Assembly: GCF_018350175.1 (NCBI RefSeq)
Contig: NC_058373.1
Span: forward strand, 101,372,001-101,436,000
DNA: 64,000 nucleotides
DNA from: Felis catus
Lineage: Eukaryota
Direction of reading: 5' to 3'
Positions 1-11,524 of this stretch are shown one piece after another. How positions within the stretch are numbered: position 1 is the stretch's first letter; every line of letters starts with the position of its first letter. Under the pieces are notes generated by a model. That model was given only the letters and a program-made list of their open reading frames with translations, did no database searches and was not told the DNA's origin. The position numbers and the translations under genes are program-made.

Positions 1-299
1 CACACAGGGCTGCTGGTGCCAGGTAAGCACCCATGGCCAGGTTCTGCTTGGCTCTAGAGTGGTGAGAGTTGATATTCTCTAGCCGAGTGATATTAGAAAA
101 TTTGGAAATTTGTTCCAAAAGCAAGAAAATGTCAAGGAGAGGAGGTAATGTTTCTCAACAAAACAAAACAACAACAAAACAGAGGCATAGAAGTGTCTAT
201 GAGCCTAAAGAAAATCATCCTACAGTGTTTATTGACCATACTGGACACCTAGGAACCTTTCCCATATTTCTACGTCTACTTCGACTTCTAATACAGCAC

Positions 300-758
300 T
301 TTGATTTTGCACTGGAGAAATGATCCTTCCCCCCACTGAATGCATTACATTGGGGCTGTCAGCCAAGTTGTGTATTTCAGACACCTGGCCTTATAGTAGT
401 AGAGATAAATAGATTTATCCATTGAATGAATGAATGAGCAAGCCCAACCATCCTTTAGCCAGGTAATAAGACACCTTTCTCCCTGAGATTGGGTCTTAAG
501 TCTATGACATTTGTCATAGACTAAAACAATTCCAGAAGTCAGTTCATCCTTACAGAGATGTTCTAATAAGACTATCCGTTTTTGTTTCCTAGATCCTGGG
601 AGTTCTCTCCCATGATTCCTGTCCTTTAGAAGCCAGGTGCTTAAGCTTTCTGTTTTATTCTAAGAACTTCCACATATCCTTCCAATAAATGCTCCCTCTG
701 CTTAAGTTATTCGAAGCTCATTTCTGCTGCTTATGAACAAAGAACCATGACAGACACA
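300..758 (+). mobile_element. Ancient ERVL-type solo LTR remnant (LTR33/LTR50-like)
   Basis: The 3' end TCCAATAAAT...CTGCTTAAGTTATTCGAAGCTCATTTCTGCTGCTTATGAACAAAGAACCATGACAGACACA resembles the polyA-signal/U5 end of old ERVL LTRs. The left boundary is uncertain. Confidence 0.4.
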
Positions 759-1566
759 CATTTCCCAGCTTGTCCCCTATGGAGTACACCAATTATTATC
801 CCCAAATATGGTCTTGGTAATAAGAAGGTTAGAGGAAGTTTATGAATTTTTCTTCCTGCTTTTGTTTCCATGTGTCTAGTTGATTTCACCAAATACACTT
901 AACACACAGGAACTTGAGGAGCTGAAATAAAAAATTTCAGTTCTTGGCATTCCCCACAGGAACTCTTTATTATTATATCTAAAAGTATCTATTGTTCAAT
1001 AGATTTTAGTCAGAGTTATGTGTATTTATGTTAAGAAACCACTTATTTCTAGATTAATTTCAAAGGGTATATTTGCAATTTACCAATTTGTAAAGTCCCA
1101 CCTACTACAAATTTCCTCCTGATTTTCACATCCGCTCAGGAATAGCTTGAAGCAAGAACAGGGTACCACTTTTGCTGCTAAAGTTTCAACTTTCCAAGTT
1201 TGCCTAGCTGTGTAAAGAACAAATTTAAACAAATCCTAGCATTATCCATTTTCAAAAATACAACTTAAATATCCGGTTTTATTTAGCAGCCTAGTTACTT
1301 TTTATTGAATTGAAAAGACTAGAGAAAATGGTTATTGCTATCTTGTTTTCAAGTAATTATTTTTTAAGTAATTAAAAAACCCACTGATAAGTTTTTATTG
1401 TCTTGGCCCTGATTTTACTGCCTACTACAGTACTGAGCACTTAACAGATGTTTAAGAAATAGTGGTTAAATCCATAAACAAATGCTTTGTTTTTAATTGT
1501 GGGGCAATTTTGGTTTGATTCATCACCAAGATTTGGTTAAAGAGAATCTATTCCATAGCCATTTTT

Positions 1567-1784
1567 TTTTTAATTTTTTTTCAACGTTTATTTATTTTTG
1601 GGACAGAGAGAGACAGAGCATGAACGGGGGAGGGGCAGAGAGAGAGGGAGACACAGAATCAGAAACAGGCTCCAGGCTCTGAGCCATCAGCCCAGAGCCT
1701 GACGCGGGGCTCGAACTCACGGACCGCGAGATCGTGACTTGGCTGAAGTCGGACGCTTAACCGACTGCGCCACCCAGGCGCCCC
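1567..1784 (-). mobile_element. Young felid CanSINE (SINEC_Fc type)
   Basis: Reverse complement reads GGGGCGCCTGGGTGGCGCAGTCGGTTAAGCGTCCGAC...(CT)n...AATAAA-polyA, with CpGs retained. TSD CATAGCCATTTTT at 1554-1566 and 1787-1799. Confidence 0.97.
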
Positions 1785-1899
1785 TACATAGCCATTTTTA
1801 AGTTAGTGGACACAAATGGTCACAGCAACTGGCGATTTTTGATGGTTCCACCAACTTTGCAAAAGTTTGAGGGTCCTAAAATGGTCTGATTATAGAATG

Positions 1900-2143
1900 A
1901 AAGCCTATAGTGCTGCCTGGGATGATCCTGTGGTAAGATTAATACTCCAGAGGTCCCCCTCTCCAGCCACCTCACCTGTGCTCTCGATATCAAGCTGTAG
2001 GGCTAGGCTTTATCTGAAACCACATCCTTTACTGGACCCTTCGCTTCCCCTATCCTGTTTCTCTTATTACCTTACAGATTCTTCCTAAAGAGAAACCAAA
2101 TCCATATCTCAGGCTCTGCTTCTAGTGAATCCAACCAAAGACA
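1900..2143 (+). mobile_element. LTR16-like ERVL LTR fragment (3' part)
   Basis: Ends ATCTCAGGCTCTGCTTCTAGTGAATCCAACCAAAGACA, matching the LTR16 family terminus. Confidence 0.55.
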
Positions 2144-2269
2144 ACATGCTACTATCCAAATAGAAGTATTATATGACAATACCTATTTGAAATTTTACCA
2201 ATGTGTGGATGACTGCAAAGGGTATATCATCATTGTATAGAATCAGCACAGGTAAATGACAACTGTAAT

Positions 2270-2415
2270 TTATTGAGGGCCTTCTTTGAAGACATGATCT
2301 CCTTCAGTTCTTCTCATAATTTTCTTAGATAGGTATTACCACTCATACTTCCAAAATAGAAAGGTTAAGAATCAACAACATCAAACAGCCCATCCAAAGT
2401 CAGATAACCAGTACA
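2270..2415 (-). mobile_element. MIR fragment
   Basis: Degenerate reverse-complement MIR core (ATAGGTATTACCACTCATACTTCCAAAATAGAAAGGTTAAG...CCAAAGTCA). Confidence 0.4.
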
Positions 2416-3082
2416 TGACAGTTTATTTTTAATATTTCCCCAGAGGTCTCATAGATTGATCAAAATACTCTGAAAGAAAATGTCCATGGCCCTCTAACTT
2501 TCCATTCTTCAGAAGTTGTGGGATAAAGCCCAAGTGGTCACTTCAGAAATGACTGCTATGTTTTAAACCTTACTCATGAGATCCAAAGCAGATTTTTTTT
2601 CTTAAAAAAAAAAAAATCTAGTCTTATCACATTGACTCCTTTGTTAACTATAAACAATAAACCAAACAACTTTTCCATAGCCAAACGGAGAGGGTGATGG
2701 TTGTTAAAACAGCATTTTAGTTTTAGAATTTGAAAATGAGAGCAGGTAAAGAGCATATGACCCACTCTCAACCAGAAATACCAAAAAGCCTTTGTTAGGG
2801 AACCAGATGAAGCAATTATAAGCATCTTCACAGACTTCCCTTGAAAAGTTTATGTGCTCTGTCATCAGTGGGGTTATCTCAACCTTTTCTGGGTCTACTT
2901 TTATGTTCAGCCTGGCTTACCTCTTAGGATAATAATCTCCTGAGTTCCGTTCCCATCAAGAAAAGCAACACTACATGAATGCAACCCTAAAAATGCAAAG
3001 ACACATACGGTTCAGTCCTCAAATAGGTCATACTTTAAAAAAGTCAGTCTGAAAGTTCAAAAATAATTATAAAAGAAATTCA

Positions 3083-3400
3083 TATGCTAAGTGAAGTAAG
3101 CCAGACACAGAAGGACAAATGCTATACGGTTCCGTTTGCATGAAGTACCTAGAAGAATCAAATTCATGGAGACAGAAAGTAGAATAGTGGTTACTAGGAG
3201 GTGGATGGGGAGGAGGGGGAAAAGAAAGGTATTTAATGAGTCAAGTTTCAGTTTGGGAGGATTAAAAAGTTCTGGAAGCAACCGTGGAGAAGGCCGCACA
3301 ATGCAAATATACTTAATGCCACTAAACAGTAAACTTTAAAAAAGTTAATATGGTAAATTTTATCTTATGTATATTTCACCACAATTATTTTTTAAAAAAG
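3083..3400 (+). mobile_element. L1MB-class 3' end
   Basis: ATGCTAAGTGAAGTAAGCCAGACACAGAAGGACAAAT...AAATTCATGGAGACAGAAAGTAGAATAGTGGTTAC...GGTAAATTTTATCTTATGTATATTTCACCACAAT followed by an A-rich tail. Confidence 0.85.
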
Positions 3401-3871
3401 AAATTCTCACTCTTCCCATATTTTCTTTAATTCTCTCCCCAGCTTTCTCAAAATCCACACTCACCAACATCACTCTCTTCCAAATCTACCTCCAGGCTTC
3501 TTAAAACTGTACCCTGGCCTTTATCTTTTATCTCCCTTCTCCCCTCCTTTTTCTCATGAATCCACATCATTTAAGCACACGAGAGATAGAACCTCATCTT
3601 GGGGTGGGGGAGGGAAAAATCATGAGCCAGCAAGGTCCTCTGCAGTGAGCAGAATGGAAAAGGCTAGATGTAATCATCCATAGTAATTTTAATTCCATCA
3701 CACACACTTTATTTTATGCTTAATCTTTTCTCCAACTTCAAGTGCTTCTAATCACCTGAGATTTGATGAACAAATCTGTACTTTCCGCTGACATCATTAT
3801 TTCACAGTCTTCAGATCATTCCTCAGCCCCATGTTTACTGTGGGTTTATACACTGGGTAGAGATTTTAGAG

Positions 3872-4040
3872 CAAGGAGTTCTCAACTTTGGCTACAAGCT
3901 AGAATCACCTGGGAAGCTGAGGGTCTTGAGGCCTAGGCCACAGCCCCCAAAAGCTAAATCAGTGACAGCCAGGGGTAGGGACCCAGGCAACTGTATTCTT
4001 TTTTAAATTCCCAATGATCAGCTAAGTGTAGCAACCAATG
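3872..4040. mobile_element. MER5B-like hAT-Charlie MITE
   Basis: GTTCTCAACTTTGGCTACAAGCTAGAATCACCTGGGAAGCT...GGGTAGGGACCCAGGCA...AACCAATG. Confidence 0.6.
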
Positions 4041-4043
4041 GTT

Positions 4044-4213
4044 CAGAGGGGTTTCTCAAACGTTAAAGAATATAACAATTACATAGAGATCTTGTTAAAA
4101 GATCTGGTTGTGATTCAGGAGGTCTGCAGGAAGCCCCAGCATGCTGCATTTCTAACAAATAGAGCAAGGCAATACTGAATCAGCTGTTTTGGACCCCACC
4201 TTGAGTAGCAAGG
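4044..4213. mobile_element. MER5A/MER5A1-like hAT-Charlie MITE
   Basis: TTTCTCAAAC...CTTGTTAAAA...GATTCAGGAGGTCTG...TGCATTTCTAACAA...CCCACCTTGAGTAGCAAGG. Confidence 0.65.
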
Positions 4214-4248
4214 CTTTAGGCAACAAGAGCCTTTCAAGTTTCCATTCT

Positions 4249-4429
4249 TTTTTGTTTGTTTAATGTTTATTTCAGAGAGAGCGTGCAAACAGAGGAGGGG
4301 AAGAGAAAAAGAAGACAGAGGATCCAAAGTGGGCTCTACACTGACAACAGAGAGACCGATATGGGGCTCAAACCCACGAACCGTGAGCGAGAGGTGAACA
4401 CTCAACCGACTGAGCCACCCAGGTGCCCC
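4249..4429 (-). mobile_element. Older CanSINE
   Basis: CCGACTGAGCCACCCAGGTGCCCC terminus and T-rich tail. TSD TCA(A/G)GTTTCCATTCT at 4234-4248 and 4430-4444. Confidence 0.92.
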
Positions 4430-4679
4430 TCAGGTTTCCATTCTCAGCAGGACACTCATTATATACACAGCTAGCAAAGGAGAAGTCACAGCTGGGCCTC
4501 CCAGCAGCTCTGGCCTGGAAGAGGGGCTGGGGACAGCTGTGGGGGCACAAGACCTACAGTTGCACCTCCACCGCGGGTGCCCAGGGCCCTGCCCTTGGGC
4601 GGCCTCTGCTCCCCAGCTTCTGCTTCTAGGCTGGTCTAGGTACCAGCCCACTCAGCCCCTGAAGTTAGAACCTCAGGAT

Positions 4680-4800
4680 CTTTAACAAGTCACTCAATTC
4701 CCTAAGCCTCAGTGTCCTTATGTGTTAAAATGGGAATAAGAGTGTCAACTATTTGACTATATGAAGCTATACGAGGATTAAGTGAGATAATCATGTGCAG
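4680..4800 (+). mobile_element. MIR core fragment
   Basis: CAAGTCACTCAATTCCCTAAGCCTCAGTGTCCTTATGTGTTAAAATGGGAATAA...GAGGATTAAGTGAGATAA. Confidence 0.75.
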
Positions 4801-5179
4801 CAACCAGTACGCTTGCCATCACATAGGCCTGTCTTTTTTTCTGCCCCTGCTGCCAACAAAGAGCCAAGTTACTACTTCTCTCTCTCCCTTTTGTGTCTGT
4901 ACATCTGATGTATACAAAGCATCAATTGTAGCCCCTGTCCCTGGAGGCCTGGGACCAACTGTGGATCTTGGTTCTGAATAGGAGGGGAAAAGCACCCAGA
5001 GATACACATTTTCATGCAGGCGGCATAGCCCAAATACGGGAAGATTTCTGCTCTTCGAGTACTGTTTTGGTCTTTGTTGTTGTTGTTGTTTTATTATTAA
5101 TTTTGTGTTCAGAAATGCTACCCCCAAAGGGACAAAGATAATCTCGCCAAACCTCAGAACCTGGTAAGGAGATACTAGC

Positions 5180-5390
5180 TGACACTGAGTGCTCCTGACA
5201 TACTAAGCACGGTTCCAAGTACTTTCTGTGGCTTAATTCATTTATCTTCACCACAACACATGACCTGGGTGTTATTATCCCCATTTGGCCAACAAGGAAA
5301 CTAAGGCCTCAAGAGGTTAAACCATGGCCTCATCCCATAGCTAGTAAGTAGCAGAGCCAGGGTTCAAGCTCCAGAGGCCTTCTCTAGAGT
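5180..5390 (-). mobile_element. MIR
   Basis: TTATTATCCCCATTT...GGAAACTAAGGCCTCAAGAGGTTAA...AGCTAGTAAGTAGCAGAGCCAGGGTTCAA. Confidence 0.8.
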
Positions 5391-5669
5391 CTGACCAGAC
5401 CAATGGTGGTGCAACGTCTATATCAACATATATCTACCTTGTTTTTGGCATAGATGCCTGACAAATGGCATTTTCAGATGTGACATTCTCATGCACATGC
5501 CATGGAGATATATACAATATGTCCAGCCTTCTGGCAGGAAACTAAAAGGATACTAAAAAATAAACTTGAAATGCTCCCAGTCTATGCCAAAATGCAAGCC
5601 ATTCACAAACTTCAGTATTATTATTTGCAATGTATCATATTTTAAAATGGCTGCTCTCTTGTATATACG

Positions 5670-6582
5670 TGTCACAGTGACTTATTTTGATTGCCTAGCT
5701 TCTGAAGCTCCTTCCTATCTTTGGAAAGGGCCTACCATGCTGCTTCCCGACTTCCCAGATTCTTGCTATCAGCCTGGGTATGGACATGTGCCCCAGACTT
5801 TACCCAGCCAGACAGTCCTGTCTGGAACTTGAATACAAAGAAGTAAGGAGAGCAGAGAATTCATCTGGAGCCAGAGGAGAGGGCAGCACAGCCAGTGGCA
5901 CCAGTGTCAGTAACAGGCAGCAGCTATGGATTACATCTCAGACTGTTGCTGGGCATGATATTGGCCAAGGCTCCCACGGCAATGCTGCCCGATTAGTTTC
6001 CCAGGCCTGCTATAACAAAGTACCACATGCTTGGGTGCTTGAAATGACAGAAATATATTCTTTCACAGTTCTAGAGGCCAGAAGTCTGAAATCAAAGCAC
6101 TGGCAAGGCCATGTTCTCTCTGCAAGCTCTAGGGAAGGATCCTTCCTGGTCTCTTCGAGCTTTCAGTGGTTGTGGGCAATCCGTGGTGTTCCTTGGCTGG
6201 TAGCAGGATTGCCCCAATCTCCATCTCCATCTTCACATAGCCTTACCTGTGTCTCCTCCTATGTCTCTGCGTGTAAAGCTCTCATTCCTTTCTCTTACAA
6301 AAATGCCAGGCACTGGTTAGGGGCCACCTTCAACCAATATGATCATATTTTAGTATGACTATATCTAAAACCCTATTTCCAAACAAGCTCACCTTCAGTT
6401 ACTGGGGGTGAGGACTTCAACATACCTTTCTGGGGGACACAATTCAACTCACAACATCTACATTCTTGCTAATTTCCTGGGCCTGATCTCTGGCCATCCC
6501 AGTGATCTTGCGGTCCATCTAATGTTTTTCAGCTTAAATTGGCAGAATTAATTTTGCTGCTTGCAACTTTAAACCCTGACCT
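5670..6582 (+). mobile_element. Ancient ERVL-type LTR (LTR33-like) split by an MLT1C insertion
   Basis: The 3' end TTTTTCAGCTTAAATTGGCAGAATTAATTTTGCTGCTTGCAACTTTAAACCCTGAC lies after the MLT1C, and LTR-like sequence lies before it. Confidence 0.4.
5989..6456 (-). mobile_element. MLT1C-like MaLR solo LTR
   Basis: ATTAGTTTCCCAGGCCTGCTATAACAAAGTACCAC...TTCTAGAGGCCAGAAGTCTGAAATCAA...GGGGGACACAATTCAACTCACAACA. Confidence 0.88.
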
Positions 6583-7349
6583 GTCTTATCTCTGCCTCTA
6601 TTTCCTTGATTTTCCATAGGAGAATTTCCATTGAGAGGTCACTAGGGATGAGCAGAATAGTGACTTAATTATGGAAAAGGCCAATCTGCTTCAAGATTCC
6701 TGGTCTACTCTCTGGATCAAGCACACCAAGGAGAAGATTGACCAGGGCCATGTTAAAGGAAGGGCTCAGACTGAGTAGTCCCAACCTCATGACTGAAATG
6801 CATGTAGAACCTACTGATTTCCTAAACTATGAGTTTGTTCTCAGGCTGGATCTCACTTTGGAGCAGAATTTGACTAATCTTTGCCTCTGGCCAACGGATG
6901 GTGTGAGGCCTGTTTTGGTGGCAAAGGACCACACTGCTTGCAACAGATCCCATAGATGTTGCCCCAGTCTGTATAATTTTCATCAAGTCATGACAGCAGC
7001 ACCAAAGGGGCTAAGTGGCATTTCAATTGTGTTTGGTCTAAAGTTTCTAAAACCTCATCAATGCTATTAAAAACAATAACATTATGCCAGAAAGAGTCGC
7101 AGAGGAAACAAAACATTATGGGGTTCTAAGAAACATGGTAATCAAAGACAGCTGAGCCTAAAAAGACAAATCCATGTCGATGAATTCAAGGAAATAAAAA
7201 TACATTTAAAATGTTTGAGTAAATCAACTTCACAAATGGCCATTAGGAGAAGAGTAGCAATACTAGTTTTTGCCCTGCTTTGCTTCCTTTTTTTGACCTG
7301 TCCCTTGCCAACTTCATGGAATTATGGTAGGACTAGGGACCACATAAGT

Positions 7350-7585
7350 TTGGAACTGCCTGAAACTATCTTTGCCATTATTTGCAGAGAGTCTGTTTGA
7401 GAATGAAGCCAATCCAAGAAAGAATCCAAGAGATACATACAAAGTTATTATTTCATTTGAGTCCCACAATCCAGCTGTATCTAAAAATACCCATTAAACT
7501 TCCAAGTTATTTGAACCAATAAATCCCTTTTTTGTTTGTTCAAGCTAGTTTTAATTGGAGATCTAACCTTACAAACAAATGACAA
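7350..7585 (+). mobile_element. Old MLT1 (MLT1J/K/L-like) LTR 3' fragment
   Basis: GAGAATGAAGCCAA...ATCCAGCTGTATCT...GAACCAATAAATCCCTTTTTTGTTTGTTCAAGCTAGTTT. Confidence 0.55.
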
Positions 7586-8109
7586 TGTGCTATCAAGTGC
7601 ACATATCTGCTTTGACCTAATTTCCCTGGATTGCTGTTGGCCAGGGAATGTTGTATTGAACGGACCACATATTTCATCTGGGATGGTGGTTTCTGAATTT
7701 CTGTCATCTGGCATGCTACTGAGAACATGTGCACACACAAACACACACATAAGCTAATAGAGAAGTGCCTTCATAAAGCAATCTTCTGACAAATGCATAT
7801 CACTGAATTATGATTATACCTAGGGCATGGCCAACTAGACCAACTAACCTGAGTAAAGAAGTCTATTCTATCTGACACAAGCCCTGTCCATCACTATCTT
7901 ACCACATCAAATGAACAAAATGAGAATGTGCTTCCCTGAGTTTCAGCATTGCCTTGTTTCCTAACAAAGCTGTGCCATTTCACACCTAACATATTCACAG
8001 ATGATATATGGGTAGTTTGGTTCCCAAACAGGCTAAGCCCCTATACTTCCTTTGCTATACCTCCCAATTCAATTTCTCCAAAACCCATGGAACTGGCCTG
8101 AACAGTCTC

Positions 8110-9965
8110 ATCATTCACACATTTACTCAACAAATCAGTATGGGGCACTATGTGCTAACCCCAGGTGTAAGTGCCTGGAATAAGGAATAAACTTCTGCTC
8201 TTGTTGAAGCTTCCATTCTAGTGAGGGAAGACGGACAACAGAAACATTTTAAAGTAGATATATGTCAGGTGGTGATAAATGTTATGGTGAAAGATTAAAG
8301 GTAAAAAGGATAGGAGTGCAGGGCAGGTGTAGTGAAACAGTGAGCCTTGTGGTCATCTGTGGAAAGAGCATACCAAGCCAAAGGAACACACGTGGAAAGG
8401 TACTAATGTGGGAACAGGTAGGAAGCCAGTGTGGCTGAAGTGAACAGAATGAGGGTCAGTGTGGTAGGAGATAAGGTAAGTGAAGTATTAGTGGGGAAGG
8501 TGTTGATGGAGAAAATTTAGAGGCTTCACAGGCCATCATAAAAACTTTGGATTTTATTACATGCCAGATAAGAAACCCATAGGTGGTTGTGAGCAAAAGA
8601 GTCACATAATCTGACTTAAAAGTTTTAAAGACAATTCTGTCTCCTGTGTTGAGACTATAACTGGTGGTAAGAATAGAAGCAAGGAGACCAACCGGGAAGA
8701 CCATGAAAATAGGAGCAGAAATCTGAGAAGTGATTGATTTCTGGATATATTTTGAAGATAGAACCACCAATATAATGGGCTGTAAGCAGAAGTTTTCACA
8801 AAAGTCTGCATAGGTTTTGGTCTGAGCACCTAGAGAGACACAGATGCCAGTTACTTGAGTGGCTCCATGAGAGGCACAGAGTTAGATATGGGGGAAGAAT
8901 CAGAAGTGTGGTTTTAGACATCTTAAGTTTGAGACAGATGCCTTTCAGATACACATATAGAATAGTTAGCTGTATAAATCTGAGGGTAAGGGTAAGGGGA
9001 AATTTCTGAGCCAGAGACAAATATTTGTAAGTCATCAGAGTCTAGATGAATTTAGTCACGAGGCTTTAAATCACCCAGGAAGTGGGTCCATATGGAAGGG
9101 AATAAATCTGAGGACTGAAGTCTTGAGCCGCCCAATGCTTAGAGGCTGAGGAGATGAGGAGAAAGCAACCAGCAAAGGAAAATGAGATGAGCAGCTAGTA
9201 AGGTAGGATGAAAGCAGAAAGGTATCCTGGAATCTAAATGGGAAAAAAAAAATTCAAGAAAGAAAGAGTGATTCATTGGATCAAATGCCGAGATAGGTCA
9301 TGTAGAATTGGGACTAATAATTGATGATTGAATGTAGCTACACAGAAGTCACTAGAGTGGGTTCCAAAAAGGATCAAGAGAGAATAAATTGTAAACAGTG
9401 AGTAGAGACAGAAGTGTTTTGAGGATTTCACTGCATACAGCAATAGAGAAATGGAGCAGTAGTTGGGAGAAAGGGGGGAATAAAAGAGAATTTTCATGTA
9501 AACCAGACAGCATCTCAGTATGTTTTAATGCTATGGAGACGATCCACTACAGGGGCAGGAATTGAGGATGCTGGTGGGGGAGAGGGGACAATTGCTGGAG
9601 CAGTGTTCTTGAGCAGGCAAGAGGACAGGAGGTCCACTGCACAAACACAGGAATCAGCCGCAGATTAACATACAGACCATTCATGCACTGTAACACGAGT
9701 GGAAGCAGAGGATAAAGGCAAAGATGCAGCAGGTGGGTAGATGAGGAAGTAGGATTTTGTATAAAGCCTCTCTGCTTCTATTTTCTCCAGAAAATAGAAG
9801 GCATGTTCATCAGCTGTGAGTGAGGATGAGGAGAAAGGTTTGGATGGCCTGAAGGAAAATGAAAAGATGTGAAACAGTTGCCCAGGAAAGTAGGGGAAAG
9901 ACTGGACTAGGGCAATGCAACTGGACACCTGGGCAGCACTAAGGGCCTGTGTGAGGTCAGGGGTC
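8110..9965 (-). mobile_element. L2 (L2a-like) LINE, ~1.85 kb 3' portion
   Basis: L2 tail at the left (CATTCACACATTTACTCAACAAAT...CACTATGTGC). The minus-strand ORF remnant PILHDLSRHL corresponds to the L2 RT motif ILLDLSAAFD. TTCTGGATATATTTTGAAGATAGAACCA is a typical L2a segment. Confidence 0.85.
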
Positions 9966-10239
9966 ATCCTCCTGCTGTGCGTTTCTCACATCGTCGTCAT
10001 GAGGAAGGTGATGTCCATAGGTGTTCCGAGTAAAGAAGAGAGAGGGGAGAAAAGCAAAGTGCAGTGTTTTTAAAGTGAGCTAAGTCGTTAAGATTTAAGC
10101 TATAGAAGCAAACACAGCTCAAAGGTGACGTGACTGAAAGCTCAAAGACAATTAGGTATAATTTGAACATTCTTAGAAATAAAATTAGAGACCTTTAGAA
10201 CTTAAAATGAAAATAACCCTAGTGGTGTTCTTTTCTGAA

Positions 10240-10350
10240 TCCTTCATTTCACACTGGAAAACCAAGGCCCTGGAACATTAAATGACTTGCCCAAGACCAC
10301 ACAGCTGGTTAGTGACAGAGACCAGTCTAGATGCCAATCCTCTCCATCTT
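10240..10350 (-). mobile_element. MIR fragment
   Basis: TTAAATGACTTGCCCAAGACCACACAGCTGGTTAGTGACAGAG. Confidence 0.7.
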
Positions 10351-10697
10351 TATCTACTAGTCTTTCCTCTTCATTTACTGGCAGGGCACGGTGAAATTAC
10401 AGGCTGGTCCCTCTTCTCATTGCACATCCAGGCCTTACTTTATCTTAATATTTCCAAGCCCTGTTTCATCACCCCCATCTTATATAATAAAGCCCCCTTG
10501 GCTATCTCTCAGAGTCACCCAGCCCCCACGCTGCCTCAGCCAAGTGTGCACTTCACTGCAGTTTTCAAACCAGTGCATTTAGCTGGTCAAGAGCACAGTC
10601 TCAGAAAACCATGCATTGGCATTCACCTGGGAGGAAAAAAAGGGGAATCATAGGATGAGCCTCACTGAAATCCTGCAGCTGATCTCCTCAGACTCAC

Positions 10698-10960
10698 CAG
10701 ATCCACCATGGTTTTCAGGTGCCAGTGATAAGGTTATGGCATTCTCCTAGTCCTGCTTCTCTTCTGTCCAGGTAGGTGCTCGAGAGACCTCTGAAGCTAC
10801 GAACTGTATGCGTTCATTGGACCAACAAACATCAAGCTACTGCATTAAGAAGAAAGTGGATCTGAACCAACAAGCTTGGGGATAGCCTGCAGATTGCGTC
10901 CCATGTGAATACCATTTGAACACAACTGGTTAAAGTTCTTCCAATGATGGCTTTTGTTAT
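10698..10960 (-). other. Candidate exon with Kozak ATG (MVDL) and GTGAGT donor
   Basis: Minus strand reads acceptor GTCTTAATTTTATAG|, then ...AAAACCATGGTGGATCTG|GTGAGT. An in-frame stop lies upstream of the ATG. The sequence is unique, but no transcript evidence is available. Confidence 0.25.
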
Positions 10961-11524
10961 CTATAAAATTAAGACTAAACCGGAGATCAAGGAATTTCAA
11001 CTGGAAGCTATATCCTGTCTCCAGTCTCCCATCTTGGTGTAATTTAAGTGAGTTACAGGCCCCTTTAAATTCACTTATTTAAAACAGATACTCATCCAAA
11101 GAGGCACTCTATAAACATTTGGCACGTCTTGATGAGCACTTCAATTGCCCTTCAAAGGCAGTGGAAACAACCTCAAAACCAATTACTTATGCTCTCCTCC
11201 AAGAAGTTCATTAATTGGAACGAGGGCTCTGCCTCTGGCTGAGTGTGTCCTCTCCAGTCTTTAATGTCTCACAATTGTCCCTTCTGGGGAACAGTAGTAT
11301 GGTTCTAGGCACTTCTTTTTAAATTCAGAAATTACTTAAATATAGAGGTAAAGGGTATTGATTGGTACCAGGAGTTAACATATGTTACAAAGGGATAGGT
11401 TATTAAATCTGTCCTCCCTTCTCCTGATTAAAACACACAATTAAAAAATGGAAAGAAACCCACACACTTTGGTATCTCTACATGCTGGATGAAAGATTAA
11501 GAATAAAGTCCCCTAAATAAATCA

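Noticed and set aside
15..30. Splice donor CAG|GTAAGC at the window start
   Set aside because: Only 22 nt of upstream context is visible, so it cannot be evaluated.
1900..2143. Missing 3' LTR of the ERVL provirus
   Set aside because: It is on the opposite strand and separated from the provirus by ~9 kb of unrelated sequence.
4555..4590. CTCF site (CCACCGCGGGTGCC)
   Set aside because: Several mismatches to the core CCASYAGRKGGCRS.
5780..6358. 192-aa ORF, the longest non-L1 ORF
   Set aside because: It runs antisense through an MLT1C LTR and its flanking older LTR. Peptides like FTVLEARSLKS are routine MLT1 translations.
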